Below, piece by piece: positions 44,061 to 60,700 of a stretch of DNA of 64,000 nucleotides (position 1 is the first letter of the stretch; each line of letters starts with the position of its first letter). The translations under genes were made by a program, and so were the position numbers. The DNA lies in the NCBI GenBank assembly GCA_964016885.1, contig OZ024755.1, positions 44,702,001-44,766,000 of the forward strand, written 5' to 3'. Source of the stretch: Eledone cirrhosa. Its lineage: Eukaryota. The notes under the pieces were generated by a model that saw only the letters and a program-made list of their open reading frames with translations, was not told the origin of the DNA and made no database searches.

Positions 44061-46390
44061 GATTTGACAGTACCAACATATACTGTGTACCACAGTCGAC
44101 AGTACCAACATATACCGTGTACCACAGTTGACAGTACCAACTTATACTGTGTACCACAGTTGACAGTACCAACATATAATGTGTAGCACCGTTGACAGTA
44201 CCAACATATACTGTGTATCACAGTTGACAGTACCAACATATACTGTTTTACCACAGTTGAGAGTAACAACATATACTGTGTACCACAGTTGACAGTACCA
44301 ACATATAATGTGTACCACTGTTGACAGTACCAACGTATACTGTGTACCACATTTAACAGTAACAACATATACAGTGTACCACAGTTATCAGTACCAACGT
44401 TCACTGTGTACCACTGTTGACAGTACCAACATAAACTGTGTACCACAGTTGACAGTACCAACATATACTGTGTACCACAGTTGACAGTACCAACGTATAC
44501 TGTGTACCACAGTTGAGAGTACCAACTTATACTGTGTACCACTGTTGACAGTACTAACGTATACTGTGTACCACAGTTAAGAGTACCAACATATACTGTG
44601 TACCACAGTTGACAGTACCAACGTATACTGTGTACCACTGTTGACAGTACCAACATATACAGTGTACCACAGTTGACAGTACCAACATATCCTGTGTACC
44701 ACAGTTGACAGTACAAACTTATACTGTGTACCATAGTTGACAGTACCAACGTATACTGTGTACCGCAGTGTACAGTACCAACATATACTGTGTACCATAT
44801 ATGACAGTACCAACGTATACTGTTTACCTCAGTTGACAGTACCGACATATACCGTGTACCACAGTTGACAGTACCAACATATACTGTGTACCAGGGTTGA
44901 CAGTACCAACATATACTGTTTACCACTGTTGACAGTACCAACATATACTGTGTACCACAGTTGACAGTACCGACGTATACTGTGCACCACAGTTGAGAGT
45001 ACCAACATATACCGTGTACCACAGTTGACATTACCAACATATACTGTGTACCATAGTTGACAGTACCAACGTATACTGCGTACCACAGTTGACAGTACCA
45101 ACATATACTGTGTACCATAGTTGACAGTATCAACGTATATGTGTAGCATTGTTGTCAGTAATAACATATGCTGTGTACCACAGTTGACAGTACCGACATA
45201 TCCTGTGTACATCAGTTGACAGTACCAACATATACTGTGTACCACAGTTGATAGTACCAACATATACTGTGTCCCACAGTTGACAGTACCAACATATACT
45301 GTGTACCACAGTTGACAGTACCAACGTATACTGTGTACCACAGTTGACAGTACCAACTTATAATGTGTACCACAGTTGACAGCACTAATATATACTGTGT
45401 CCCAGAGTTGAGAGTACCAACATATACTGTGTACCACAGTTGACAGTACTAACATATACTGTGTACCACAGTTGACAGTATCCACGTATGTGTACCACAG
45501 TTGACAGTATCAATGTATATCTGTACCACATATTGACAGTACCAACATATACTGTGTACCACAGTTGACAGTACCAACGTATACTGTGTACCACAGTTGA
45601 CAGTACCAACGTATACTCTGTACCACAGTTGACAGTACCAACATATACTGTGTACCACAGTTAACAGTACCAACGTATACTGTGTACCACAGTTGACAGT
45701 ACCAACGTATACTGTGTACCACAGTTGACAGTACCAACGTATATGTGTACAACATATTGACAGTACCAACATATACTGTGTACCACAGTTGACAGTACCA
45801 ACATATACTGTGTACCACAGTTGACAGTACCAACATATACTGTGTACCACAGTTGACAGTACGAACATATACTGTGTACCACAATTGACAGTACTAACAT
45901 ATACTGTGTAACACAGTTGAGCGTACCAATATATACTGTGTACCTCAGTTGACAATATCAACATATACTGTGTACCACAGTTGACAGTACCAAAATAAAC
46001 TTATATGTGTACAACATATTGACAGTACCAACATATACAGTGTACCAACATATACTGTGTACCACAGTTGAGAGTACCAACATATACTGTGTATCACAGT
46101 TGACAGTACCAACATATACCGTGTACCACAGTTGACAGTACCAAGGTATACTGTGTACCACAGTTGACAGTACCAACGTGTACTGTGTACCACAGTGGAC
46201 AGTACCAACGTATATGTGTACAACATATTGACAGTAGCAACATATACAGTTTACCAACATATACTGTGTACCACAGTTGAGACTACCAGCACATACTGTG
46301 TATCACAGTTGACAGTACCAACATATACCGTGTACCACAGTTGAGAGTACCAACATATACTGTGTATCACAGTTGACAGTACCAACATAT
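43880..46390. repeat. Copy of ~21840-24285 (offsets 22,039 / 22,071 / 22,103)
   Basis: ORF coordinates match at 22103/44142, 23059/45130 and 23842/45945. Both copies share the AATAAA insertion (23891/45994) and two half-unit deletions. The offset steps by exactly 32 bp twice. Confidence 0.92.
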
Positions 46391-49300
46391 ATTGTGTACC
46401 ATAGTTGACAGTACCAACGTATACTGTGTACCACAGTTGACAGTACCAACATATACTGTGTACCACAGTTGACAGTACCAACATATACTGTGTACCATAG
46501 TTGACAGTACCAACGTATACTGTGTACCACAGTTGACAGTACCAAAATATACCGTCTACCACAGTTGACAGTACCAACATATACTGTGTACCACAGTCGA
46601 CAGTACCAACATATACCGTGTACCACAGTTGACAGTACCAACTTATACTGTGTACCACAGTTGACAGTACCAACATATAATGTGTACCACCGTTGACAGT
46701 ACCAACATATACTGTGTATCACAGTTGACAGTACCAACATATACCGTGTTACCACAGTTGTGAGTACCAACATATACTGTGTACCACAGTTGACAGTACC
46801 AACATATAATGTGTACCACTGTTCAGAGTACCAACGTATACTGTGTACCACATTTAACAGTAACAACATATACAGTGTACCACAGTTGACAGTACTAATA
46901 TATACTGTGTACCACAGTTGAGAGTACGAACATATACTGTGTACCACAGTTGACAGTATCCACGTATGTGTACCACAGTTGACAGTATCCACGTATGTGT
47001 ACCACAGTTGACAGTATCAACGTATATCTGTACCACATATTGACAGTACCAACATATACTGTGTACCGCAGTTGACAGTACCAACGTATACTGTGTACCA
47101 CAGTTGACAGTACCAACATATACTGTGTACCACAGTTGACAGTACCAACGTATATTGTGTACCACTGTTGACAGTACCAACATATACAGTGTACCACAGT
47201 TGACAGTACCAACATATACTGTGTACCACAGTTGACAGTACCAACATATACTGTTTACCACTGTTGACAGTACCAACATATACTGTGTACCACAGTTGAC
47301 AGTACCAACGTACACTGTGTACCACAGTTGAGAGTACCAACATATACCGTGTACCACAGTTGACATTACCATAATATACTGTGTACCATATTTGACAGTA
47401 CCAACGTATACTGCGTACCACAGTTGACAGTACCAACATATACTGTGTACCACAGTTGACAGTACCAACATATACTGTGTACCATAGTTGACAGTGCCAA
47501 CGTATACTGTGTACCACAGTTGACAGTACCAGCATATACCGTGTACCACAGTTGAGAGTACCAACATATACTGTGTACCAGAGTTGACAGTACCAACATA
47601 TACTGTGTACCAATGTTGACAGTACCAACATATACTGTGTACCACGGTTGACAGTACCAACGTATACTGTGTACCAGAGTTAACAGTACCAACATATACT
47701 GTGTACCACTGTTGACAGTACCAACATATACTGTGAACCACAATTGACAGTACCAACGTATACTGTGTACCACAGTTGACAGTACCAACATATACTGTGT
47801 ACCACAGTTGACAGTACTAATATATAATGTGTACCACAGTTGACAGTACCAACGTATACTGTGTACCGCTGTTGACAGTACCAACATATACTGTGTACCA
47901 TATATGACAGTACCAACATATACTGTGTACCACAGTTGACAGTACTAACATATACTCTGTACCACAGTTGACAGTATCCACGTATATGTGTACCACAGTT
48001 GACAGTATCAACGTATATGTGTACCACATATTGACAGTACCAACATATACTGTGTACCACAGTTGACAGTACCAACATATACTGTGTACCACAGTTGACA
48101 GTACCAACATATACTGTGTACCATAGTTGACAGTACTAACATATACTGTGTACCACAGTTGACAGTACCAACTTATACTGTGTACCATAGTTGACAGTAC
48201 CAACGTATACTGTGTACCGCTGTTGACAGTACCAACATATACTGTGTACCATATATGACAGTACCAACGTATACTGTGTACCACAGTTGACAGTAGCAAC
48301 TTATACTGTGTACCACGGTTGACAGTACCAACGTATATGTGTACCACAGTTGACAGTACCAACATATACTGTGTACCACAGTTGACAGTACCAACGTATA
48401 CTGTGTACCACAGTTGACAGTACCAACGTATAATGTGTACCACAGTGGACAGTACCAACGTATATCTGTACAACATATTGACAGTACCAACATATACTGT
48501 GTACCCCAGTTGACAGTACCAACATATACTGTGTACCACATTTGACAGTACCAACATATACTGTGTACCATAGTTGACAGTACCAACATATACTGTATAC
48601 CACAGTTGACAGTACTAACATATACTGTGTACCACAGTTGAGAGTACCAATATATACTGTGTACCTCAGTTGACAATATCAACATATACTGTGTACCACA
48701 GTTGACAGTACCAACATATACTGTGTACCACAGTTGAGAGTACCAACATATACCGTGTACTACAGTTGACAGTACCAACATATACTGTGTACCACAGTTG
48801 ACGGTAACAACATATACTGTGTACCACAGTTGACAGTACCAACATATACTGTGTACCACAGTTGACAGTACCAATATATACTGTGTACCAGAGTTGGCAG
48901 TACCAACATATACTGTGTACCACAGTTGACAGTACCAACATATACAGTGTACCACAGTTGACAGAACCAACAATTACTGTGTACCACAGTTGACAGTACC
49001 TATATATACTGTGTGCCACTGTTCACAGTACCAACATATACGGTGTAACACAGTTGACAATACCAACGTATACTGTGTACCACAGTTGACAGTACCAACA
49101 TATACTGTGTACCACAGTTGACAGTACCAACGTATAACGTGTACCGCAGTTGAAAGTACCAACGTATACTGTGTACCATAGTTGACATTACCAACATATA
49201 ATGTGTACCACAGTTGACAGTACCAACATATACTGTGTACCACAGTTGACAGTACTAACATATATTATGTACCAGAGTTGACAGTACTGACATATACTGT

Positions 49301-52300
49301 GTACCATAGTTGACAGTACCAACATATATTGTGTACCACAGTTGACAGTACCAACATATACTGTGTACCACAGTTGACAGTACTCACATATACCGGGTAC
49401 CACAGTTGACAGTACCAACATAAACTGTGTACCACAGTTGACAGTACCAACATATACTGTGTACCACAGTTGAAAGTACCAACGTATACTGTGTACCACA
49501 GTTGACAGTACCAACAAATACTGTGTACCACAGTTGACAGTACCAACATATACTGTGTACCACATTTGACAGTACCAACATTTACTGTGTACCACAGTTG
49601 ACAGTACCAACATATAGTGTGTACCATAGTTGTCAGTACTAACATATACTGTGTACCACAGTTGACAGTACCAACATATACTGTGTACCATAGTTGACAG
49701 TACCAACAGATACTGTGTAGCTCAGTTGACAGTATCAACATATACTGTGTACCACAGTTGACAGGACCAGCATATACTGTGTACCACACTTGAGAGTACC
49801 AACATATACTGTATATCACAGTTGACAGTAGCAACATATACCGTGTACCACAGTTGAGAGTACCAACATATACTGTGTACCACAATTGACAGTACCAACA
49901 TATACTGTGTACCACTGTTGACAGTACCAACATATACTGTGTACCACAATTGACAGTACCAACGTATACTGTGTACCACAGTTGACAGTACCAACGTATA
50001 CTGTGTACCACAGTTGACAGTTCCAACATATACTGTGTACCACAGTTGACAGTACCAACGTATACTGTGTACCACAGTTGACAGTAACAACGTATACTGT
50101 GTACCACAGTGGACAGTACCAACGTATATGTGTACAATATATTGACAGTACCAACATATACTGTGTACCACAGTTGACAGTACCAACATATACTGTGTAC
50201 CACAGTTGACAGTACCATCATATACTGTGTACCACAGTTGACAGTACCAACATTTACTCTATACCACAGTTGACAGTACTAACATATACTGTGTACCTCA
50301 GTTGACAGTACCAACATATACTGTGTACCTCAGTTGACAATATCAACATATACTGTGTACCACAGTTGACAGTACCAACATATACTGTGTACCAGAGTTG
50401 AGAGTGCCAACATATACTGTGTATCACAGTTGACAGTACCAACATATACCGTGTATCACGGTTGATTGTACCAACATATACTGTGTACCACAGTTGACAG
50501 TATCAACATATACTGTTACCATAGTTGACAGTACCAACGTATACTGTGTACCACAGTTGACAATACCAACATATACTGTGTACCACAGTTGACAGTACCA
50601 ACATATACTATGTACAATAGTTGACAGTACCAACGTATACTGTGTACCACAGTTGACAGTACCAACATATACCGTGTACCACAGTTGACAGTACCAATAC
50701 ATGCTGTGTACCACAGTTGACAGTACCAACATTTACTGTGTACCACAGTTGACAGAACCAACATATAACGTGTACCACATTTGATAGTACCAACGTATAT
50801 TGTGTACCACAGTTGACAGTACCAACATATACTGTGTACCACCGTTGACAGTACCAACATATACTGTGTATCACAGTTGACAGTACCAACATATACCGTG
50901 TTACAACAGTTGAGAGTACCAATATATACTGTGTACCACAGTTGACAGTACCAACATATACTGTCTACCACTGTTGACAGTATCAACGTATACTGTGTAC
51001 CACATTTAACAGTACCAACATATACTGTGTACCACAGTTATCAGTACCAACGTATACTGTGTACCACTGTTGACAGTACCAACATATACTGTGTACCACA
51101 CTTGACAGTACCAACGTATACTGTGTACCACAGTTGACAGTACCAACATATACAGTGTACCACATTTGACAGTACTAATATATAATGTGTACCACAGTTG
51201 ACAGTACAAACATATACTGTGTACCACAGTTGACAGTATCCACGTATATGTGTACCACATATTGACAGTACCAACATATACTGTGTACCAGAGTTGAGAG
51301 TACCAACGTATACTGTGTACCACAGTTGACAGTACCAACGTATACTGTGTACCACAGTTGACAGTACCAACATATACTGTGTACCACAGTTGACAGTACC
51401 AACGTATACTGTGTACCAAAGTTGACAGTATCAACGTATATGTGTACCACATATTGACAGTACCAACATATACTAGGCACCACCGTTGACAGTACCAACG
51501 TATACTGTGTACCACAGTTGACAGTAACAACGTATAATGTGTACCACAGTTGACAGTACCAACGTATACTGTGTACCACAGTTGACAGTACCAACATATA
51601 CAGTGCACCACAGTTGACAGTACCAACATATACTGTGTACCACAGTTGACAGTACCAACATATACTGTGTACCATAGTTGACAGTACCAACGTATACTGT
51701 GTACCACATTTGACAGTACCAACATATACCGTGTACCACAGTTGATAGTACCAATACATACTGTGTACCATAGTTGACAGTACCAACATATACTGTGTAC
51801 CATAGTTGACAGTACCAACGTATACTCTGTACCACACTTGACAGTACCAACGTATACTGTGTACCACAGTTGACAGTACCAACATATACAGTGTACCACA
51901 TTTGACAGTACTAATATATAATGTGTACCACAGTTGACAGTACAAACATATACTGTGTACCACAGTTGACAGTATCCACGTATATGTGTACCACATATTG
52001 ACAGTACCAACATATACTGTGTACCAGAGTTGAGAGTACCAACGTATACTGTGTACCACAGTTGACAGTACCAACGTATACTGTGTACCACAGTTGACAG
52101 TACCAACATATACTGTGTACCACAGTTGACAGTACCAACGTATACTGTGTACCAAAGTTGACAGTATCAACGTATATGTGTACCACATATTGACAGTACC
52201 AACATATACTGTGTACCACAGTTGACAGTACCAACATATACTGTGTACCACAGTTGACAGTACCAACGTATACTGTGTACCAAAGTTGACAGTATCAACG

Positions 52301-54700
52301 TATATGTGTACCACATATTGACAGTACCAACATATACTAGGCACCACCGTTAACAGTACCAACGTATACTGTGTACCACAGTTGACAGTACCAACGTATA
52401 CTCTGTACCACATTTGAGAGTACCAACATATACCGTGTACCACAGTTGACAGTACCAATATATACTGTGTACCACAGTTGACAGTACCAACATATACTCT
52501 GTACCACAGTTGACAGTACTAACATATACTGTGTACCAGAGTTGACAGTACCAACATATACTGTGTACCAGAGTTGACAGTACTGGCATATACAGTGTAC
52601 CACAGTTGACAGTACCAACATATACTGTGTACCACAGTTGACAGTACCAACATATACTGGGTACCACAGTTGACAATACCATCATATACTGTGTACCACA
52701 GTTGACACTACCAACATAAACTGTGTACCAGAGTTGACAGTTCCAAAATATACTGTGTACCACAGTTGAAAGTACCAACGTATACTGTGTACCACAGTTG
52801 ACAGTACCAACTTATACTGTTTACCACAGTTGACAGTACCAACATATACTGTGTACCAAAGTTGACAGTACCAACGTATACTGTGTACCACATTTGATAG
52901 TACCAACATATACTGTGTACCACAGTTGACAGTACCAACATATAGTGTGTACCACAGTTGGCAGTACCAACATATACTGTGTACCACAGTTGACAGTACC
53001 AACACATACTATGTACCACAGTTGACAGTACCAACATATATTGTGTACCACGGTTGACAGTACCAACATATAATGGGTGCCACTGTTCACAGTACCAACA
53101 TATACTGTGTACCACAGTTGACAATACCAACGTATACTGTGTACCACAGTTGACAGTACCAACATATACTGTGTACCACGGTTGACAGTACCAACGTATA
53201 CTGTGTAACAAAGTTGACAATACCATCATATAGGGTGTACCACAGTTGACAGTACCAACATATACTGTGTACCACAGTTGACAGTACCATCATATACTGT
53301 GTACCATAGTTGACAGTACCAACGTATACGGTGTACCACAGTTGACAGTACCAACATATATTGGATACCACAGTTGACAGTACCAACATATACTGTGTAC
53401 CACTGTTGACAGTACCAACGTATACTGTATACCACAGTTAACAGTACCAACATATACTGTGTACCACAATTGACAGTACCAACGTATACTGTGTACCACT
53501 GTTGACAGTACCAACATATACAGTATAACACAGTTGACAGTACCAACATATACTGTGTACCACATTTGACAGTACCAACATATACTGTGTACCATAGTTG
53601 ACAGTACCAACGTATACGGTGTACCACAGTTGACAGTACTAACATATACTGTGTACCACAGTTGACAGTATCCACGTATGTGTACCACAGTTGACAGTAT
53701 CAACGTATATCTGTACCACATATTGACAGTACCAACATATACTGTGTACCACAGTTGACAGTACCAACGTATACTGTGTACCACAGTTGACAGTACCAAC
53801 GTATACTGTGTACCACAGTTGACATTACCAAGGTATACTGTGTACCACAGTGGACAGTACCAACGTATATGTGTATAACATATTGACAGTACCAACATAT
53901 ACTGTGTACCACAGTTGACAGTACCAACATATACTGTGTACCACAGTTGAGAGTACCAACATATACTGTGTACCACAGTTGACAGTACCAACGTATACTG
54001 TGTACCACAGTTGACAGTACCAACATATACTGTGTACCACAGTTGACAGTACCAACATATACTGTGTAACACAGTTGGCAGTACCAACATATACTGTGTA
54101 CCACAGTTGAGAGTACCAACATATACTGTGTACCACAGTTGACAGTACCAACATATATTGTGTACCACAGTTGACAGTACCAACATATACTAGGTGCCAC
54201 TGTTCACAGTACCAACATATACTGTGTACCACAGTTGACAATACCAACGTATTCTGTGTACCACAGTTGACAGTACCAACATATACTGTGTACCACAGTT
54301 GACAGTACCAACGTATACTGTGTAACACAGTTGACAATACCATCATATAGGGTGTTCCACAGTTGACAGTACCAACATATACTGTGTACCACATTTGACA
54401 GTACCATCGTATACTGACTACCACAGTTGACAGTACCAACGTATACTGTGTACCAAAGATCACAGTATCAACGTATATGTGTACCACATATTGACAGTAC
54501 CAACATATACTGTGTACCACAATTGACAGTACCAACGTATACTGTGTACCACATTTGACAGTACCAAAGTATACTGTGTTTCACAGTTGACAGTACCAAC
54601 ATATACTGTGTACCTCAGTTGACAGTACCAACATATACTGTGTACCTCAGTTGACAGTATAAACATATACTGTGTACCACAGTTGACAGTACCAACATAT
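46370..54700. repeat. ~8.3-kb near-identical copy of ~32075-40400 (offset 14,297)
   Basis: The offset of 14,297 is constant across the ORF track (32557/46854, 36878/51175, 40163/54460), with only scattered single-base differences. Confidence 0.95.
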
Positions 54701-57700
54701 ACTGTGTACCAATGTTGACAGTACCAACATATACTGTGTACCACGGTTGACAGTACCAACGTATACTGTGTACCAGAGTTAACAGTACCAACATATACTG
54801 TGTACCACTGTTGACAGTACCAACATATACTGTGAACCACAATTGACAGTACCAACGTATACTGTGTACCACAGTTGACAGTACCAACATATACTGTGTA
54901 CCACAGTTGACAGTACTAATATATAATGTGTACCACAGTTGACAGTACCAACGTATACTGTGTACCGCTGTTGACAGTACCAACATATACTGTGTACCAT
55001 ATATGACAGTACCAACATATAGTGTGTACCACAGTTGACAGTACTAACATATACTCTGTACCACAGTTGACAGTATCCACGTATATGTGTACCACAGTTG
55101 ACAGTATCAACGTATATGTGTACCACATATTGACAGTACCAACATATACTGTGTACCACAGTTGACAGTACCAACATATACTGTGTACCACAGTTGACAG
55201 TACCAACATATACTGTGTACCACAGTTGACAGTACTAACATATACTGTGTACCACAGTTGACAGTACCAACTTATACTGTGTACCATAGTTGACAGTACC
55301 AACGTATACTGTGTACCGCTGTTGACAGTACCAACATATACTGTGTACCATATATGACAGTACCAACGTATACTGTGTACCACAGTTGACAGTAGCAACT
55401 TATACTGTGTACCACGGTTGACAGTACCAACGTATATGTGTACCACAGTTGACAGTACCAACATATACTGTGTACCACAGTTGACAGTTCCAACGTATAC
55501 TGTGTACCACAGTTGACAGTACCAACGTATAATGTGTACCACAGTGGACAGTACCAACGTATATCTGTACAACATATTGACAGTACCAACATATACTGTG
55601 TACCCCAGTTGACAGTACCAACATATACTGTGTACCACATTTGACAGTACCAACATATACTGTGTACCATAGTTGACAGTACCAACATATACTGTATACC
55701 ACAGTTGACAGTACTAACATATACTGTGTACCACAGTTGAGAGTACCAATATATACTGTGTACCTCAGTTGACAATATCAACATATACTGTGTACCACAG
55801 TTGACAGTACCAACATATACTGTGTACCACAGTTGAGAGTACCAACATATACCGTGTACTACAGTTGACAGTACCAACATATACTGTGTACCACAGTTGA
55901 CGGTAACAACATATACTGTGTACCACAGTTGACAGTACCAACATATACTGTGTACCACAGTTGACAGTACCAATATATACTGTGTACCAGAGTTGGCAGT
56001 ACCAACATATACTGTGTACCACAGTTGACAGTACCAACATATACAGTGTACCACAGTTGACAGAACCAACAATTACTGTGTACCACAGTTGACAGTACCT
56101 ATATATACTGTGTGCCACTGTTCACAGTACCAACATATACGGTGTAACACAGTTGACAATACCAACGTATACTGTGTACCACAGTTGACAGTACCAACAT
56201 ATACTGTGTACCACAGTTGACAGTACCAACGTATAACGTGTACCGCAGTTGAAAGTACCAACGTATACTGTGTACCATAGTTGACATTACCAACATATAA
56301 TGTGTACCACAGTTGACAGTACCAACATATACTGTGTACCACAGTTGACAGTACTAACATATATTATGTACCAGAGTTGACAGTACTGACATATACTGTG
56401 TACCATAGTTGACAGTACCAACATATATTGTGTACCACAGTTGACAGTACCAACATATACTGTGTACCACAGTTGACAGTACTCACATATACTGGGTACC
56501 ACAGTTGACAGTACCAACATAAACTGTGTACCACAGTTGACAGTACCAACATATACTGTGTACCACAGTTGAAAGTACCAACGTATACTGTGTACCACAG
56601 TTGACAGTACCAACAAATACTGTGTACCACAGTTGACAGTACCAACATATACTGTGTACCACATTTGACAGTACCAACATTTACTGTGTACCACAGTTGA
56701 CAGTACCAACATATAGTGTGTACCATAGTTGTCAGTACTAACATATACTGTGTACCACAGTTGACAGTACCAACATATACTGTGTACCATAGTTGACAGT
56801 ACCAACAGATACTGTGTAGCTCAGTTGACAGTATCAACATATACTGTGTACCACAGTTGACAGTACCAGCATATACTGTGTACCACACTTGAGAGTACCA
56901 ACATATACTGTATATCACAGTTGACAGTAGCAACATATACCGTGTACCACAGTTGAGAGTACCAACATATACTGTGTACCACAATTGACAGTACCAACAT
57001 ATACTGTGTACCACTGTTGACAGTACCAACATATACTGTGTACCACAATTGACAGTACCAACGTATACTGTGTACCACAGTTGACAGTACCAACGTATAC
57101 TGTGTACCACAGTTGACAGTTCCAACATATACTGTGTACCACAGTTGACAGTACTAACGTATACTGTGTACCACAGTTGACAGTAACAACGTATACTGTG
57201 TACCACAGTGGACAGTACCAACGTATATGTGTACAATATATTGACAGTACCAACATATACTGTGTACCACAGTTGACAGTACCAACATATACTGTGTACC
57301 ACAGTTGACAGTACCATCATATACTGTGTACCACAGTTGACAGTACCAACATTTACTCTATACCACAGTTGACAGTACTAACATATACTGTGTACCTCAG
57401 TTGACAGTACCAACATATACTGTGTACCTCAGTTGACAATATCAACATATACTGTGTACCACAGTTGACAGTACCAACATATACTGTGTACCAGAGTTGA
57501 GAGTGCCAACATATACTGTGTATCACAGTTGACAGTACCAACATATACCGTGTATCACGGTTGATTGTACCAACATATACTGTGTACCACAGTTGACAGT
57601 ATCAACATATACTGTTACCATAGTTGACAGTACCAACGTATACTGTGTACCACAGTTGACAATACCAACATATACTGTGTACCACAGTTGACAGTACCAA

Positions 57701-60700
57701 CATATACTATGTACAATAGTTGACAGTACCAACGTATACTGTGTACCACAGTTGACAGTACCAACATATACCGTGTACCACAGTTGACAGTACCAATACA
57801 TGCTGTGTACCACAGTTGACAGTACCAACATTTACTGTGTACCACAGTTGACAGAACCAACATATAACGTGTACCACATTTGATAGTACCAACGTATATT
57901 GTGTACCACAGTTGACAGTACCAACATATACTGTGTACCACCGTTGACAGTACCAACATATACTGTGTATCACAGTTGACAGTACCAACATATACCGTGT
58001 TACAACAGTTGAGAGTACCAATATATACTGTGTACCACAGTTGACAGTACCAACATATACTGCCTACCACTGTTGACAGTATCAACGTATACTGTGTACC
58101 ACATTTAACAGTACCAACATATACTGTGTACCACAGTTATCAGTACCAACGTATACTGTGTACCACTGTTGACAGTACCAACATATACTGTGTACCACAC
58201 TTGACAGTACCAACGTATACTGTGTACCACAGTTGACAGTACCAACATATACAGTGTACCACATTTGACAGTACTAATATATAATGTGTACCACAGTTGA
58301 CAGTACAAACATATACTGTGTACCACAGTTGACAGTATCCACGTATATGTGTACCACATATTGACAGTACCAACATATACTGTGTACCAGAGTTGAGAGT
58401 ACCAACGTATACTGTGTATCACAGTTGACAGTACCAACGTATACTGTGTACCACAGTTGACAGTACCAACATATACTGTGTACCACAGTTGACAGTACCA
58501 ACGTATACTGTGTACCAAAGTTGACAGTATCAACGTATATGTGTACCACATATTGACAGTACCAACATATACTAGGCACCACCGTTGACAGTACCAACGT
58601 ATACTGTGTACCACAGTTGACAGTAACAACGTATAATGTGTACCACAGTTGACAGTACCAACGTATACTGTGTACCACAGTTGACAGTACCAACATATAC
58701 AGTGCACCACAGTTGACAGTACCAACATATACTGTGTACCACAGTTGACAGTACCAACATATACTGTGTACCATAGTTGACAGTACCAACGTATACTGTG
58801 TACCACATTTGACAGTACCAACATATACCGTGTACCACAGTTGATAGTACCAATACATACTGTGTACCATAGTTGACAGTACCAACATATACTGTGTACC
58901 ATAGTTGACAGTACCAACGTATACTCTGTACCACACTTGACAGTACCAACGTATACTGTGTACCACAGTTGACAGTACCAACATATACAGTGTACCACAT
59001 TTGACAGTACTAATATATAATGTGTACCACAGTTGACAGTACAAACATATACTGTGTACCACAGTTGAGAGTATCCACGTATATGTGTACCACATATTGA
59101 CAGTACCAACATATACTGTGTACCAGAGTTGAGAGTACCAACGTATACTGTGTACCACAGTTGACAGTACCAACGTATACTGTGTACCACAGTTGACAGT
59201 ACCAACATATACTGTGTACCACAGTTGACAGTACCAACGTATACTGTGTACCAAAGTTGACAGTATCAACGTATATGTGTACCACATATTGACAGTACCA
59301 ACATATACTGTGTACCACAGTTGACAGTACCAACATATACTGTGTACCACAGTTGACAGTACCAACGTATACTGTGTACCAAAGTTGACAGTATCAACGT
59401 ATATGTGTACCACATATTGACAGTACCAACATATACTAGGCACCACCGTTGACAGTACCAACGTATACTGTGTACCACAGTTGACAGTACCAACGTATAC
59501 TCTGTACCACATTTGAGAGTACCAACATATACCGTGTACCACAGTTGACAGTACCAATATATACTGTGTACCACAGTTGACAGTACCAACATATACTCTG
59601 TACCACAGTTGACAGTACTAACATATACTGTGTACCAGAGTTGACAGTACCAACATATACTGTGTACCAGAGTTGACAGTACTGGCATATACAGTGTACC
59701 ACAGTTGACAGTACCAACATATACTGTGTACCACAGTTGACAGTACCAACATATACTGGGTACCACAGTTGACAATACCATCATATACTGTGTACCACAG
59801 TTGACACTACCAACATAAACTGTGTACCAGAGTTGACAGTTCCAACATATACTGTGTACCACAGTTGAAAGTACCAACGTATACTGTGTACCACAGTTGA
59901 CAGTACCAACTTATACTGTTTACCACAGTTGACAGTACCAACATATACTGTGTACCAAAGTTGACAGTACCAACGTATACTGTGTACCACATTTGATAGT
60001 ACCAACATATACTGTGTACCACAGTTGACAGTACCAACATATAGTGTGTACCACAGTTGGCAGTACCAACATATACTGTGTACCACAGTTGACAGTACCA
60101 ACACATACTATGTACCACAGTTGACAGTACCAACATATATTGTGTACCACGGTTGACAGTACCAACATATAATGGGTGCCACTGTTCACAGTACCAACAT
60201 ATACTGTGTACCACAGTTGACAATACCAACGTATACTGTGTACCACAGTTGACAGTACCAACATATACTGTGTACCACGGTTGACAGTACCAACGTATAC
60301 TGTGTAACAAAGTTGACAATACCATCATATAGGGTGTACCACAGTTGACAGTACCAACATATACTGTGTACCACAGTTGACAGTACCATCATATACTGTG
60401 TACCATAGTTGACAGTACCAACGTATACGGTGTACCACAGTTGACAGTACCAACATATATTGGATACCACAGTTGACAGTACCAACATATACTGTGTACC
60501 ACTGTTGACAGTACCAACGTATACTGTATACCACAGTTAACAGTACCAACATATACTGTGTACCACAATTGACAGTACCAACGTATACTGTGTACCACTG
60601 TTGACAGTACCAACATATACAGTATAACACAGTTGACAGTACCAACATATACTGTGTACCACATTTGACAGTACCAACATATACTGTGTACCATAGTTGA

